Shown here: positions 9,483-19,350 of the stretch, one piece after another
How the letters are laid out: each line of letters opens with the position of its first letter
How positions within the stretch are numbered: the first letter of the stretch is position 1
Assembly (NCBI GenBank): GCA_029010575.1
Contig: JAQXKS010000061.1
Coordinates: 20,580 to 84,579, forward strand
DNA from: Bacteroidales bacterium
GTDB lineage: Bacteria; Bacteroidota; Bacteroidia; Bacteroidales; UBA932
Direction: 5' to 3'
DNA: 64,000 nt
The notes under the pieces: model-generated
Told to the model about the DNA's origin: nothing
What the model saw: the letters and a program-made list of their open reading frames with translations, nothing else
Database searches by the model: none
Position numbers and translations under genes: made by a program

Positions 9483-9973
9483 TACAAATGAAATTTATGA
9501 ATATAGTACATAAAGATATGCGTAGCGTCAGCCTCATTATCATCGCATGGATCTGTCTTCCACCTTAGTTTGCAAAACTTGATCATATCGTTTTTAGTCG
9601 CATTTCCATTTCCGGTAGCCCAACTTTTTACAGTTTTAGGGTTGATAAAGGCCGGTTCTGGAAGATCAAGTGTATCGCAAACCTCCAATAGAATACCACG
9701 AAATTCTGACAACTTTCGTGCATCGATGAAATGATTGTTGACACTAACATCCTCAGCCACTATCTGTTTGATATTGTACTTCTGGATGAAATCAATTAAT
9801 GTATTGCGAAAAGCAGCGTGCTGCTTATTGTTATTTCTTCGCATAGACTCTTCAAAATTCCAAGTCCCTCTTTCGTGGGTGGAAAAGTAACCGCAATGAG
9901 TCGCAATATCCAGCCCAAGAATTTCATCCCTTGTCGGCTTTGACGCTATCGGCATATTTTTTACTGTACTCAT
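9482..9973 (-). CDS. RuvC-like Holliday junction resolvase
   Basis: ILGLDIATHCGY (first catalytic Asp), VAEDVSV (Glu), ATGNGNATKNDMI, and DDNEADATHIFMYY (terminal Asp pair) follow the RuvC-fold order. Confidence 0.6.
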   Translation of the reverse strand: MSTVKNMPIASKPTRDEILGLDIATHCGYFSTHERGTWNFEESMRRNNNKQHAAFRNTLIDFIQKYNIKQIVAEDVSVNNHFIDARKLSEFRGILLEVCDTLDLPEPAFINPKTVKSWATGNGNATKNDMIKFCKLRWKTDPCDDNEADATHIFMYYIHKFHL

Positions 9974-12300
9974 TAAATGAATGAAATTCCGTTTTGTTTG
10001 TTGACTACAAGTTTGTAAGGATAGTTCTCGGCGATATTACCGTGACTTACTACCATAGAGGTAATCTGGAAGGTATTCAGAGACTCAAAGATGTTCGCCA
10101 AACCGGTTTCATCCGTTGCGTCAAGAATTTCATCCAGAATGAGCAAGTCAAGACCTTTGCCTTCTGAACAACTTACATTTGTCAATTTGTGCATGGCAAG
10201 AATGTTTGCAAGATTCACCCTTGCCTTTTCCCCTTCAGAGAACTTATCGAATGAACCGCAATTCACTCCGTCACGAAGCAGGGAGATGGAAATCTTATCA
10301 CGAACCTTGCCAGATTTCAATATCGTAAAGCCTGAGAATGCAATACGAATATCGGAACCGATGGCCTCCAGGAATTCATTGGTGATGTGACTAAGAGCTT
10401 CGATCTTGGAATTGGCAAGATGCGTCTTGAATTCAACGAAAGTAGCTTCCTGAATCTTGTATTTGGTCAGCTCTCTTTCGACAGACTCCTTCTTGCTTAT
10501 TGCCATTTCCAATTCTTCCTGATACTTAATCTTGCTCTCTTTCAGTGTATCAATGATATTATTTTCGGATGCGCGATTCACATCAGCAATTGATTCTTCG
10601 TAAGACTGGATGGCTCCTTCGGCATTCTTGATGTTGGTCATACACCTTTCATTGGCATTTTCAGCACTGTCGGTCTCGTAATCAACTATCTTAAACGCCT
10701 CATCAAACATATTTGTTCTCACCGCATCAATAGAGCGTTCCACTTGCCCCATCCTTGCAAAAATATCAGAGCACGCTTCTTTAGCATTTGATAGACTTGA
10801 TATACACTCATTCAATTCAACCTGGGACTGGGAAACCCTTCCAGACCAATCCGCCTTTTCGTCACGAAGCTTATTCTGCTTTGCACGAGCCTCCTTTCCA
10901 GAAACCATTGTCTTGTCAATTTCTTTCTGACAGGACTCAATGCGAATTTCATTTTCGTCATTCACACCTTCAAGGTCGGCAAGGGCATCACGCACTTGCT
11001 CAATGTCAATTTCATTGGCCAGAGTGAATTCGTGATGACATTTAGGACAGGTGATTACTCCAGCCAACTGCTTGCGATAAGCGGCCATCTGGTTTTCCAT
11101 CGATGTCCTGTCCGCTTTATAGCTCGCTAATTTTGCCTCCAGTTCTGATACATTGGCAAGAAGTTTCTTGATCTGTTCGTTTACCTCAGGCAACTCCCTA
11201 TCAAATGTCTTCTTGAATGTATCGTAATCTGCTTGAAGTTGTAGATGCTTTTCCTTTGTGATAGCAAGCTGTTTTTCGAGCTTCTTGGAATCAGCAACCC
11301 TCATATTGTAACTTTCCTCCAACTTTGTTAATGAGGCTTCCAACTCAGATAATTTTTGAGCGAAATCTGGAAGCGGGCGAAGCGAATTGGCTGCAAATAA
11401 TTGCTTAATAGCTTCATACGCATCCTTCACTCCAAGTTTACCTTTCTCCAATTTGTCCAGTTTTGCGGCAACCTCATCAAGTGTATCGAGAGTGGAGTTG
11501 TTACTGCGAATTAGGTCTTCCTGTTCACGAATCTGCTCGCGCTTCTGTGCAATCAGTTCTTTCCATTCACGGATTCTGTCAGCCTTGCTTTTTGAGCGTT
11601 CAGCCGACTGATTTATAGCATCCTCGATCTGCTCTTCAATGGCTGATACCCTACCGGTTGCAATATTTACTGCACTCTTAGCTTCAGTCAGCTTTTCCTC
11701 AATAGGGGCCATATCAGCCTGGAGAGCTGCGATGGATTCATCCACCAAGTTTCCGTTGCTAAAACGATTGATAATTTCCTTTTTATCCTTGTCGGAACTG
11801 GAAAGGAATGACTGATATTTGTGCTTGCAAAGAATGTAATTAGCATAAATATCATCTTTGCTGAGTCCAAGTGTATCAAGGATATACTTGTTATAATCGG
11901 CAACAGATGATTGCGGGATTTCAACAGGACTGGCAATACCACCATCTGCGGTCTCAAAGTCCATCGAAGTGAGGCTGATAACCTGTGGATTCTTACGCGA
12001 TAAAACCCTTCTGATTGTCAAGTTCTGACGGGTAAATTCATTGGTTAATTCAAGTTTAACAATGGCTTCATCCGCATTGTCATTGATGATTTCTTCAGTC
12101 TTGATATTACGGAGGGTAGCACCAGTCAAACCAACCGCAATGGCTTCAATAAGGGCAGACTTTCCAGAACCGTTGGACTTCTGGGAGTCATTATCCATAT
12201 TGTTGCCGAATATCAGCGTGGCGTGACCTTTCAATGGCGAATAATCCAGTGTCTTAAAAGCACTGAAATTTTCTGCATGTATATGTTCTAATCTCCACAT
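9973..12300 (-). CDS. SbcC/Rad50-like ATPase (T4 gp46-like)
   Basis: N-terminal Walker A SNGSGKSALIEAI, long coiled-coil centre with CPKCHHEF zinc hook, C-terminal Walker B LLILDEILDATD. Confidence 0.8.
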   Translation of the reverse strand: MWRLEHIHAENFSAFKTLDYSPLKGHATLIFGNNMDNDSQKSNGSGKSALIEAIAVGLTGATLRNIKTEEIINDNADEAIVKLELTNEFTRQNLTIRRVLSRKNPQVISLTSMDFETADGGIASPVEIPQSSVADYNKYILDTLGLSKDDIYANYILCKHKYQSFLSSSDKDKKEIINRFSNGNLVDESIAALQADMAPIEEKLTEAKSAVNIATGRVSAIEEQIEDAINQSAERSKSKADRIREWKELIAQKREQIREQEDLIRSNNSTLDTLDEVAAKLDKLEKGKLGVKDAYEAIKQLFAANSLRPLPDFAQKLSELEASLTKLEESYNMRVADSKKLEKQLAITKEKHLQLQADYDTFKKTFDRELPEVNEQIKKLLANVSELEAKLASYKADRTSMENQMAAYRKQLAGVITCPKCHHEFTLANEIDIEQVRDALADLEGVNDENEIRIESCQKEIDKTMVSGKEARAKQNKLRDEKADWSGRVSQSQVELNECISSLSNAKEACSDIFARMGQVERSIDAVRTNMFDEAFKIVDYETDSAENANERCMTNIKNAEGAIQSYEESIADVNRASENNIIDTLKESKIKYQEELEMAISKKESVERELTKYKIQEATFVEFKTHLANSKIEALSHITNEFLEAIGSDIRIAFSGFTILKSGKVRDKISISLLRDGVNCGSFDKFSEGEKARVNLANILAMHKLTNVSCSEGKGLDLLILDEILDATDETGLANIFESLNTFQITSMVVSHGNIAENYPYKLVVNKQNGISFI

Positions 12301-12302
12301 AA

Positions 12303-13352
12303 TCAGTTAATTTTATCGAGGTACTGAAGCCCCATTGTATTATCGATTTCTTTTTCAGAGCAGAAGTTAGTGTACTCTTCCTTGATACCTGATTTGTCGA
12401 ATTTTTGTTCAAGGCTACGGGCCTCAATCTCCACAATCTCGGTCTGTTCAGTAATGATTTCCACCTTTGTCGCACCGGCATCAATGAGTTTTTGTTTATC
12501 TACACTGGTGGCTTCATCGGAGAAGCAATTAACTTTGACCTTGGTTTTATATCGAGCATCCTTCTTAACCTCACCCAGCTCTTTCATAAGCTTGGAGTCA
12601 ATTTCAGAAAATTCAACTGCGATATTCTTGTAGCGAATATTAACCTCGTTCTTGACAAATTCGTAACTGCCATCGTCATACAGCACCGTATAGCCCTTCT
12701 CTTCATCCTCTCCGAAATTATGCTGGCGGGAAGAGCCAATATATTCAATGGCAGTCCCAGCAATTCTTTTGCGGTCGTGATAATGTCCCACTAAAACCGC
12801 ATCAAAATCCTTGAAAATGGATGTAGGCAATTCATCTTCGCTTGGCTGGGAAAGACCACCCCTAATACCTTGATGAATGTAAAGAATATTTGTACGCTGG
12901 GTGTCAAAATCATCGCTGGTTATAATGTCTTTCAGCCTTTGTGAGAAACTTCCATTCTCCGGGAAATAGCTCATTACATACAGAGAAAGGTTGTCTGTAA
13001 AGTCAATGATTGTGTAATCTCCAACTACATCTACATCTTTATAACCCTGGAAAATATGACTATATCCCAATAGGGCCTCTTGATCCACAAGGTCGTGGTT
13101 GCCTTCAGCTATTGTAAGATGAATATTAGCATTCTGCGCCTTTATGATGGCATCACGCACCGCCAAAAGAGTATCAAGCGTTTGGGCTGAACGACTCTGC
13201 CATAAGTCACCGCCGATAATAATATCAGCAATATCACGCTCCTGGCAGATTTTTATTGCTTCATCCCAATTTTTTTGGAATTCTGGTATGTTGTCCTTGC
13301 TGACATGAATGTCATTGAACAGCAAGGCACACGGGAATTTACTCTGACTCAT
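12303..13352 (-). CDS. SbcD/Mre11-like nuclease (T4 gp47-like)
   Basis: Calcineurin-like phosphoesterase motifs FNDIHV, GGDLWQ, GNHD, GHYH. The track start 13376 is GTG inside a hairpin, so ATG 13352 (MSQSKF..) is preferred. Confidence 0.8.
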   Translation of the reverse strand: MSQSKFPCALLFNDIHVSKDNIPEFQKNWDEAIKICQERDIADIIIGGDLWQSRSAQTLDTLLAVRDAIIKAQNANIHLTIAEGNHDLVDQEALLGYSHIFQGYKDVDVVGDYTIIDFTDNLSLYVMSYFPENGSFSQRLKDIITSDDFDTQRTNILYIHQGIRGGLSQPSEDELPTSIFKDFDAVLVGHYHDRKRIAGTAIEYIGSSRQHNFGEDEEKGYTVLYDDGSYEFVKNEVNIRYKNIAVEFSEIDSKLMKELGEVKKDARYKTKVKVNCFSDEATSVDKQKLIDAGATKVEIITEQTEIVEIEARSLEQKFDKSGIKEEYTNFCSEKEIDNTMGLQYLDKIN

Positions 13353-13369
13353 TTCAACGAAGATTTTTA

Positions 13370-13397
13370 GGGGCACGAGAATTTAATCGCGTGCCCC
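13370..13397 (-). terminator. GC-rich hairpin between SSB-like and Mre11-like genes (possible attenuator/terminator)
   Basis: ggggcacg (13370-13377) pairs with cgtgcccc (13390-13397), with a 12-nt loop. On the minus strand only a weak U tract follows. Confidence 0.3.
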
Positions 13398-13410
13398 ATT
13401 GAAATACCAT

Positions 13411-14769
13411 TTAACGCCTTCTTTGAGGACGAGCTGCACGCCTTGACGGTGCGGCAGGTTCGTTAGTATCATCGTTGCGAGTCGAGCGAGGTGATGCAGG
13501 TTCCCCATCATTCTCGTCTTCGTCTTCGGGTTCCTCAACCCTACGAGAACGCCTTGCGGGGGCCTCTTCTGTTTCCTTTTCAGATTCAGAATCAGACTCT
13601 CCATCGACCTTCTTACCACCTTTCACTTCGCCTGTCTCATAAAGGTCTTCGATGGCATTAAGAAGATCGAGGTTGGAATCACGCCTGGTGATAGTGATGT
13701 CGAGATTGTTGTCCTCGATGAACTCACGGATTGAAGCGCGAAGTTCAGCACCTTCGTCTGACTTGTCATCAAGCCCCTTCTCTTCCATCGCATCGTACAT
13801 CGCCCACAATGAATTCAGGCCATTGCCATTTTCACTACCACCATTGTCCTGTGAACCAGTGAGTGAGAAGTGGGAAGTATCATCGGCAGGGAGAAGAGTC
13901 TTGATTTGTTCGATACAATCGGCTATTTCTTTGGATTCCATAACATTGATGTCAAGAGCCTCATCGTATTGTTTGAGGAATTCAATTGTAGCCTCCAGAT
14001 GATAGCGGCTATATCTGTAGATTGTGTCTGGGAGCCTTGGTGCATCGAGAAGCATCTGAAGTTCTTCCTCGGTCAGCTCATCTTCACCGGATACGGTGTC
14101 GATATTGAACGCATAGTTGGTCTTCTTATTCTCGGTAGAGCGAGTGATTTCCAGAGGGAATGCGTTGATGGAAGAAATCGGGCAAAGAGCCTTAGGATCC
14201 TTCTTGCACAGTTTCTCCCACAGTTTAATCTTACGCTCTTCCAGCTCTTTATACTGAGAGAATGAAAGCTGAAGGATCTGGAGGCCGTCACCACGCTTGT
14301 CGATGTCAAAGACATACATACAACGCTTGGAGTCATATTTCAGACCACCATTGAAACTTGTGCCCTTAATCTTCTTGCAAAGGGCTTCGTCATCAGCGTA
14401 CTGCTGGCATGCAAGAGATACATACAAGTCGATAAGATCGTTTTCAAGATTCTGGAAGCGATACTTGGCGTTGCATACATTGACGAACATCTGGGTTTCC
14501 TTTCCTTTCTTGTCTTTGCCCTTGATTTTGAGAATAAGTTCCTTAACTGGATACTCATATCCCTTACGAGGAAGAGTAACATTGCCCTCTGCATCCATAA
14601 TAGGGGCAAGAGGAAGGATTCTGACTGCATAGGTTCCGTCCTGTGATAAACGGAGATACTTTGTTTGTTTCCGAGATTCTTCGGAACTTTTGCGTTTTGC
14701 GTCATCCAGGGTTTCCTGAGAGGCTGAGAAGATGTCAAACGCGGACATCTGTTTAATTTCTGTGCTCAT
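13411..14769 (-). CDS. putative ssDNA-binding protein (T4 gp32-like N-terminal region, charged low-complexity tail)
   Basis: KYLRLSQDGTYAVRILPLAP resembles the gp32 G-x-A-x-IRFLP segment. The long Asp/Glu-rich tail ends in RRAARPQRRR. Sits beside the recombination nucleases. Confidence 0.45.
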   Translation of the reverse strand: MSTEIKQMSAFDIFSASQETLDDAKRKSSEESRKQTKYLRLSQDGTYAVRILPLAPIMDAEGNVTLPRKGYEYPVKELILKIKGKDKKGKETQMFVNVCNAKYRFQNLENDLIDLYVSLACQQYADDEALCKKIKGTSFNGGLKYDSKRCMYVFDIDKRGDGLQILQLSFSQYKELEERKIKLWEKLCKKDPKALCPISSINAFPLEITRSTENKKTNYAFNIDTVSGEDELTEEELQMLLDAPRLPDTIYRYSRYHLEATIEFLKQYDEALDINVMESKEIADCIEQIKTLLPADDTSHFSLTGSQDNGGSENGNGLNSLWAMYDAMEEKGLDDKSDEGAELRASIREFIEDNNLDITITRRDSNLDLLNAIEDLYETGEVKGGKKVDGESDSESEKETEEAPARRSRRVEEPEDEDENDGEPASPRSTRNDDTNEPAAPSRRAARPQRRR

Positions 14770-14782
14770 GAGTTAAATGATG

Positions 14783-15250
14783 TTATTTGTGAGTGAGAAT
14801 CTTCCACATCTCAGCATAAGCGTCAGCATAGACTTCTTTTGCTTCAGGGGCCATAAGAGAATCCCTTTTGGGAATTTCAATTCCCCATTCTGATGCGGCG
14901 TGATGAATGATTCTGTCTATAACATCATTCATCTCAATTGATTTTTCCGATTTAAGGTCAAAGTATTCAAACTTTTCCCCATTGATATAGGCAGTATGAA
15001 TTGGTGCGTAAACCTCTTCAAAATACCTATATAAAGATTCTACTGGAGGGTGTCCGGGCAATTTATCAGATATTGTTCTAAGGACAGTTCCGAATAGATA
15101 TTTCAATTGAGGTAGAGGGCGATTCTTATTTTCATCATAGATAAAGAAGGGGAAAATGCCTTCTTTTGGCAGATGTGCCACAGAATCCATTAGCTCTCTG
15201 GTGTCAGCGTTACCACCGTGGACTTCGATAACGCCCTGTTGTTTTAGCAT
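14783..15250 (-). CDS. hypothetical protein
   Basis: ORF. The track start 15316 is TTG; ATG 15250 (MLKQQG..) leaves a promoter-like gap upstream. Confidence 0.4.
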   Translation of the reverse strand: MLKQQGVIEVHGGNADTRELMDSVAHLPKEGIFPFFIYDENKNRPLPQLKYLFGTVLRTISDKLPGHPPVESLYRYFEEVYAPIHTAYINGEKFEYFDLKSEKSIEMNDVIDRIIHHAASEWGIEIPKRDSLMAPEAKEVYADAYAEMWKILTHK

Positions 15251-15282
15251 TTCTTCATAAGCGTGATTATTTAATGTTCGAT

Positions 15283-15317
15283 GCAAATATAAGAGATTTA
15301 TTTGTGAAATATGCAAA
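15283..15317 (-). promoter_or_regulatory. candidate Bacteroidetes-type promoter (TTTG ... TAtaTTTG) for the 14783-15250 gene
   Basis: Minus strand reads TTATTTGCATATTTCACAAATAAATCTCTTATATTTGCAT. TAtaTTTG matches the TAnnTTTG -7 box 32 nt before the ATG. The upstream TTTG is spaced about 23 nt, longer than usual. Confidence 0.3.
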
Positions 15318-15398
15318 TAAAAATAAACTTTTTGTAAATAAAGTTCCTATGCAAATAGTAAATAACTGATAAACAAAGATATACGAAATACGAATAAT

Positions 15399-15869
15399 TT
15401 ATTTGCACATTTCACGATATATGTTTACATCGATTACTCTTTGATTTTTAGAGCCGCGCCATTGTAAATTAGGCTCTTTCGCCGACTCAATAAATGGGCC
15501 ATCAACAAGCATATCGATATATTCAAGAATTTCTGGATAACAACCTTTGATGTTTTCAAACTCATACCCAGACCAAAGCCAAATCGTTTTTTTGGTACGC
15601 TCTTTAATGAGCTTACATAAAGCCACGATACTTTCATATTGCATTAATGGCTCACCGCCCAGAATTGATATGTTAAAATCATCTACATTCAGCATATCAA
15701 AGACCTCTTCTACTGTATATTTCGTACCAGCATTGATGTCCCATAGTTCCGGATTGTGACACCCCTTGCAATGTATCGGGCATCCAGATACATACAAGGA
15801 ATTGCGTAATCCTACCCCATCAACTGAGGTAGAATACGCAATTCTTGCTACCATTAGTGTTTCGTTCAT
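15399..15869 (-). CDS. nrdG: anaerobic ribonucleotide reductase activating protein (radical SAM)
   Basis: CPIHCKGCHN is the CxxxCxxC radical-SAM cluster. About 155 aa, immediately downstream of nrdD. Confidence 0.85.
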   Translation of the reverse strand: MNETLMVARIAYSTSVDGVGLRNSLYVSGCPIHCKGCHNPELWDINAGTKYTVEEVFDMLNVDDFNISILGGEPLMQYESIVALCKLIKERTKKTIWLWSGYEFENIKGCYPEILEYIDMLVDGPFIESAKEPNLQWRGSKNQRVIDVNIYREMCK

Positions 15870-15877
15870 ACTATCAA

Positions 15878-18085
15878 CTAATCATGAATTACACGGTCTT
15901 TCAATTCCGCTTGTTTGGCTGAGTTCCAACGATCTGTCGTACCTACCAAATATCCAGTGATACGCTGAAGTGTATCAATATTATGACTACCGCACACAGG
16001 GCAGGTATCCAAATCTTTAGTCGCATCCTCATACCCGCAATCCAAGCAACGGTTACGATTGTGATTAATGGAGCCATAGCCAATGTTGTACTTGTCAATC
16101 AGATTGACAATATCCATAACAGCCTCTACATTTTGCGTAGCGTCACCATCAATCTCAACATAAAAGATATGGCCACCCCTTGTCATTTCGTGATATGGAG
16201 CTTCCACCTCAGCTTTATGAGAAACGCTACAATGGAAGTACACCGGCACATGATTAGAGTTGGTATAATAATCCCTATCTGTAATGCCCGGAAGCACACC
16301 GTACTTTTTACGATCTCTCTTGGTAAATTTCCCAGAAAGACCTTCAGCTGGCGTTGCAAGTACGGAATAATTCAAATCATACTGATTTGACAGGCCCGTG
16401 ATTTTTTCACGCATGTGGCCGATGATTTCAAGACCAAGTTTTTGAGCCTCTTCACTTTCCCCATGGTGCTTGCCAACAAGAGCGACAAGACATTCAGCAA
16501 GACCTATGAATCCGACTCCAAGTGTACCATGCTTCAGCACTTCTCTCACCTCATCGTTAGGTTTCAATTTTTCTGAACCCATCCACATACCTGACATCAG
16601 TAGAGGGAATTGCTTGGCAAGGGCTGTACACTGGAACTGATAACGCTCGTACAACTGCTTTCCAGCAATTGAAATGGCGTAATCAAACTTCTGATAGAAT
16701 TTCTTGATACGCTCGTCCTTGTCTTCAACTTCACGAACTGCAAGAGCAAGACCTGGAAGATTGATTGTTGTAAATGAAAGATTTCCACGAGCGATGGAGG
16801 TTTTCTTGCCGTGCCTGTCTTCAAATACACGGGTACGACATCCCATTGTAGCAACCTCATGTTCATATCTCAACGGATCATCGGCTTTCCAGTCTGGATC
16901 CTGATTGAAGGTGGCATCCTCGTTAATGAAATTAGGGAAGAAACGCTTGGCTGTAACCTTGCAAGCAAGACAATACAGGTCGTAGTTTGGATCTCCTGGG
17001 AAGAAATTCACGCCACGCTTTTTCTTCCAAATCTGGATTGGGAAAATTGCAGTTGCGTGATTACCCACACCTTCATAGGTAGAATTGAGAATTTCACGCA
17101 TAATGCAGCGACCTTCTGATGAGGTATCGGTTCCGTAGTTGATGGAACTGAAAACCACCTGGTTGCCACCCCTTGAATGGATAGTATTCATATTGTGAAT
17201 GAAAGCCTCCATTGATTGATGTACACGCTCAACAGTTTGGTTGATTGCATGCTGTTTGTATCTGGCCTCTCCCTTTAAGCCATCAAGAGTGGCGGCAAGA
17301 TAATCCTGTATAGGAGCATCATAAAGGGAACTCAAATCCTCATTAGTAACAATTTCCAGTTGCTTGAGTTCTTCAATATAGGTCTTCCTTACAAAAGGTG
17401 CAAGGTAAAAGTCAAAAGCTGGAATGGCTTGACCACCGTGCATCTCATTCTGAACGGTTTCCATTGAAATACAAGAAAGAATGCTTGCCGTTTCAATTCG
17501 CTGGGCCGGTCTTGACTCTCCGTGTCCAGCGCGGAAACCAGTTTCCAGAATATGCCCCATTGGATGCTGAATGCAAGTAAGCGATTTGGTAGGGTAATAA
17601 TCTTTGTCATGGATGTGAATGATATTGTTATCGACAAGTTCCTTCACATCGTCTGAAAGAAGAAAATCATCTGTGTACTCCTTGGTACGCTCACTGGAAA
17701 CTTTCATCATCATTCCAGCTGGGGTGTCGGCGTTCATATTCGCATTCTCGCGGGTGATGTCATTTTTCTTGGCGGCAATGATGTCGGAGATAACTTCATC
17801 GCTATCTGAACGCCTCGCACGGTCTCTCTTGTGACGATAAAGAATGTAGGCTCTTGCGACATTAGGAAGGTTATAACGCATCAAGGCATTTTCCACCATA
17901 ATTTGAATCTCGTTCACAGTGACCTGCTCGGATCCTGTCTCTGCGATTTCATTGGCTATTCTTTGCCCAACTCGGTTATCGTCATACTCACCAACCGCAT
18001 CGCAAGCATAAGAAATGGCCTTTTCAATAAGCGAACCGTCAAATTTAACGATACGGCCATCACGCTTTTTTACTTGATTAATCAT
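15878..18085 (-). CDS. nrdD: anaerobic ribonucleoside-triphosphate reductase (class III)
   Basis: N-terminal ATP-cone (VKKRDGRIVKFDGSLIEKAI). C-terminal Zn motif CLDCGY..CPVCGS followed by the glycyl-radical motif RITGYL. Confidence 0.9.
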   Translation of the reverse strand: MINQVKKRDGRIVKFDGSLIEKAISYACDAVGEYDDNRVGQRIANEIAETGSEQVTVNEIQIMVENALMRYNLPNVARAYILYRHKRDRARRSDSDEVISDIIAAKKNDITRENANMNADTPAGMMMKVSSERTKEYTDDFLLSDDVKELVDNNIIHIHDKDYYPTKSLTCIQHPMGHILETGFRAGHGESRPAQRIETASILSCISMETVQNEMHGGQAIPAFDFYLAPFVRKTYIEELKQLEIVTNEDLSSLYDAPIQDYLAATLDGLKGEARYKQHAINQTVERVHQSMEAFIHNMNTIHSRGGNQVVFSSINYGTDTSSEGRCIMREILNSTYEGVGNHATAIFPIQIWKKKRGVNFFPGDPNYDLYCLACKVTAKRFFPNFINEDATFNQDPDWKADDPLRYEHEVATMGCRTRVFEDRHGKKTSIARGNLSFTTINLPGLALAVREVEDKDERIKKFYQKFDYAISIAGKQLYERYQFQCTALAKQFPLLMSGMWMGSEKLKPNDEVREVLKHGTLGVGFIGLAECLVALVGKHHGESEEAQKLGLEIIGHMREKITGLSNQYDLNYSVLATPAEGLSGKFTKRDRKKYGVLPGITDRDYYTNSNHVPVYFHCSVSHKAEVEAPYHEMTRGGHIFYVEIDGDATQNVEAVMDIVNLIDKYNIGYGSINHNRNRCLDCGYEDATKDLDTCPVCGSHNIDTLQRITGYLVGTTDRWNSAKQAELKDRVIHD

Positions 18086-18087
18086 TG

Positions 18088-18705
18088 CTAATAATTGATG
18101 TCTTCAAATAATTCTGGAAGTTGCTCCTTCAAGTAATTAGCGAAAGGAATCATCAATTGCCTCATCTGAGGGTGTGCCTTGGTTGCACAACGAAGTCTAA
18201 AAATGGTTCTCCACTCTCTAATATTTGCGGTCATAATTATGTCCGTTTTGAGCGAGTTAGGAAGCACTGCACGAGCCTGTTGAGGTGTCCAGCCAAGTTT
18301 CAGCAGATCAAGATAACTCTTCTCTGCTATAAGCATAGCATCATCCCAGATTTTCTGTGTTTCTGGAGTGGAATGGTTATACCATTCAGGCACAATGAAT
18401 GTAAGTTGCCCATCGTGACCATAATTACAGTAGCGTGTGCTTTCCTGCGAGTATGATGCGATACGATGACGCACCAACTCGTGCGATACACCTCGATCAC
18501 AAATAAATCTCACAGTAATCTTTTCGTGTTCAAGCACAGACTCAGTGCCATGCTGAATCAACATTTTGATGAATTTCCCGGCACTTTCCGGAGTAATTTT
18601 CCCCTCTGATTTATAACAGTTACGCCCGGCCAATTCAAGATTGGTAAGGATAGCCTGTCTATCAATAGGAGAAATCAGCTCAAAAGATGGCTCAATCTTT
18701 CTCAT
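18088..18705 (-). CDS. thyX: FAD-dependent thymidylate synthase
   Basis: ThyX signature RHRIASYSQESTRY (RHRxxSxxxxSxR). Confidence 0.9.
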   Translation of the reverse strand: MRKIEPSFELISPIDRQAILTNLELAGRNCYKSEGKITPESAGKFIKMLIQHGTESVLEHEKITVRFICDRGVSHELVRHRIASYSQESTRYCNYGHDGQLTFIVPEWYNHSTPETQKIWDDAMLIAEKSYLDLLKLGWTPQQARAVLPNSLKTDIIMTANIREWRTIFRLRCATKAHPQMRQLMIPFANYLKEQLPELFEDINY

Positions 18706-18885
18706 AATGTAGTTGTTAAATGATGAATAGCGTTGAAGTTATACAGCCCGCCGAGAGAGCGAACATCAATTGATATTACCTGGAAGATGGTAATTAGGTT
18801 TGTGTTGGGAAGATGGTGTATTTCAACTATAGGGAGGCAAAGAAATGGGATAATTTTGAATTTTCAAAACCAAAATTGAAAATAG

Positions 18886-19230
18886 TTAATAATTTTTTAG
18901 ACTTGCAGCTTTCCTTCTTCGGTACTTGATATAGTCTAATTCTTTATTAATGTTGGTTTTAGTTCTGTATTTTGGGTATAATCCCACTTGACGATATTCC
19001 ATTAATGCCTGACGAAACTCATCTGTCCTGAAAAATGGATCGAGGGAGGCATAGCTAATGGTCTCAATGAGGTCTGCCGTTGGAGCAAGAACCCCGCTGG
19101 CCTCCAGTAAAATCCTGTATTCAAGCGGGGTTTGATGTTCTAAAAGAAAACCTATGCGAGTCTCGTTGAAATTACGCTTTGTCCTCTTTTTCCCCTTCCT
19201 TTTCTTTCGGGGCCTTGGCAGATTCTGCAT
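18886..19230 (-). CDS. hypothetical protein with very basic N-terminus
   Basis: ORF frame 18886-19299. The first ATG consistent with a separate gene is 19230 (MQNLPRPRKKRKGKKR..). The start is uncertain. Confidence 0.3.
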   Translation of the reverse strand: MQNLPRPRKKRKGKKRTKRNFNETRIGFLLEHQTPLEYRILLEASGVLAPTADLIETISYASLDPFFRTDEFRQALMEYRQVGLYPKYRTKTNINKELDYIKYRRRKAASLKNY

Positions 19231-19345
19231 AATTGGATTTCTTTTTTTCTTTAAGCTTTTTTTCTTTTGACTCAACAACCTTGGATTGTTCAGTCTCAAT
19301 CTGTTGCATTCTTACAACATGATGATGTACTTTGTGGAGTTTCAT
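19172..19345 (-). CDS. small Lys/Glu-rich ORF overlapping the next gene
   Basis: MKLHKVHHHVVRMQQIETEQSKVVESKEKKLKEKKK.. starting 6 nt after the fibre stop. Low complexity, contains two A7 runs. Confidence 0.2.
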   Translation of the reverse strand: MKLHKVHHHVVRMQQIETEQSKVVESKEKKLKEKKKSNYAESAKAPKEKEGEKEDKA

Positions 19346-19350
19346 TGTAA

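Noticed and set aside
13352-13376. Track-proposed starts at GTG/TTG (13376, 15316, 24166, 28805, 55937, 8639)
   Set aside because: Each has a nearby ATG that reproduces the ATGA/TAATG overlap pattern or leaves room for an upstream regulatory motif. The longer versions run into hairpins or promoter boxes.
19242-19263. dnaX-type -1 frameshift at the in-phase A_AAA_AAG heptamers in the Lys-rich small ORF
   Set aside because: The downstream long ORF (18886-19299 frame) is +1, not -1, relative to the upstream ORF. A -1 slip would not reach it.
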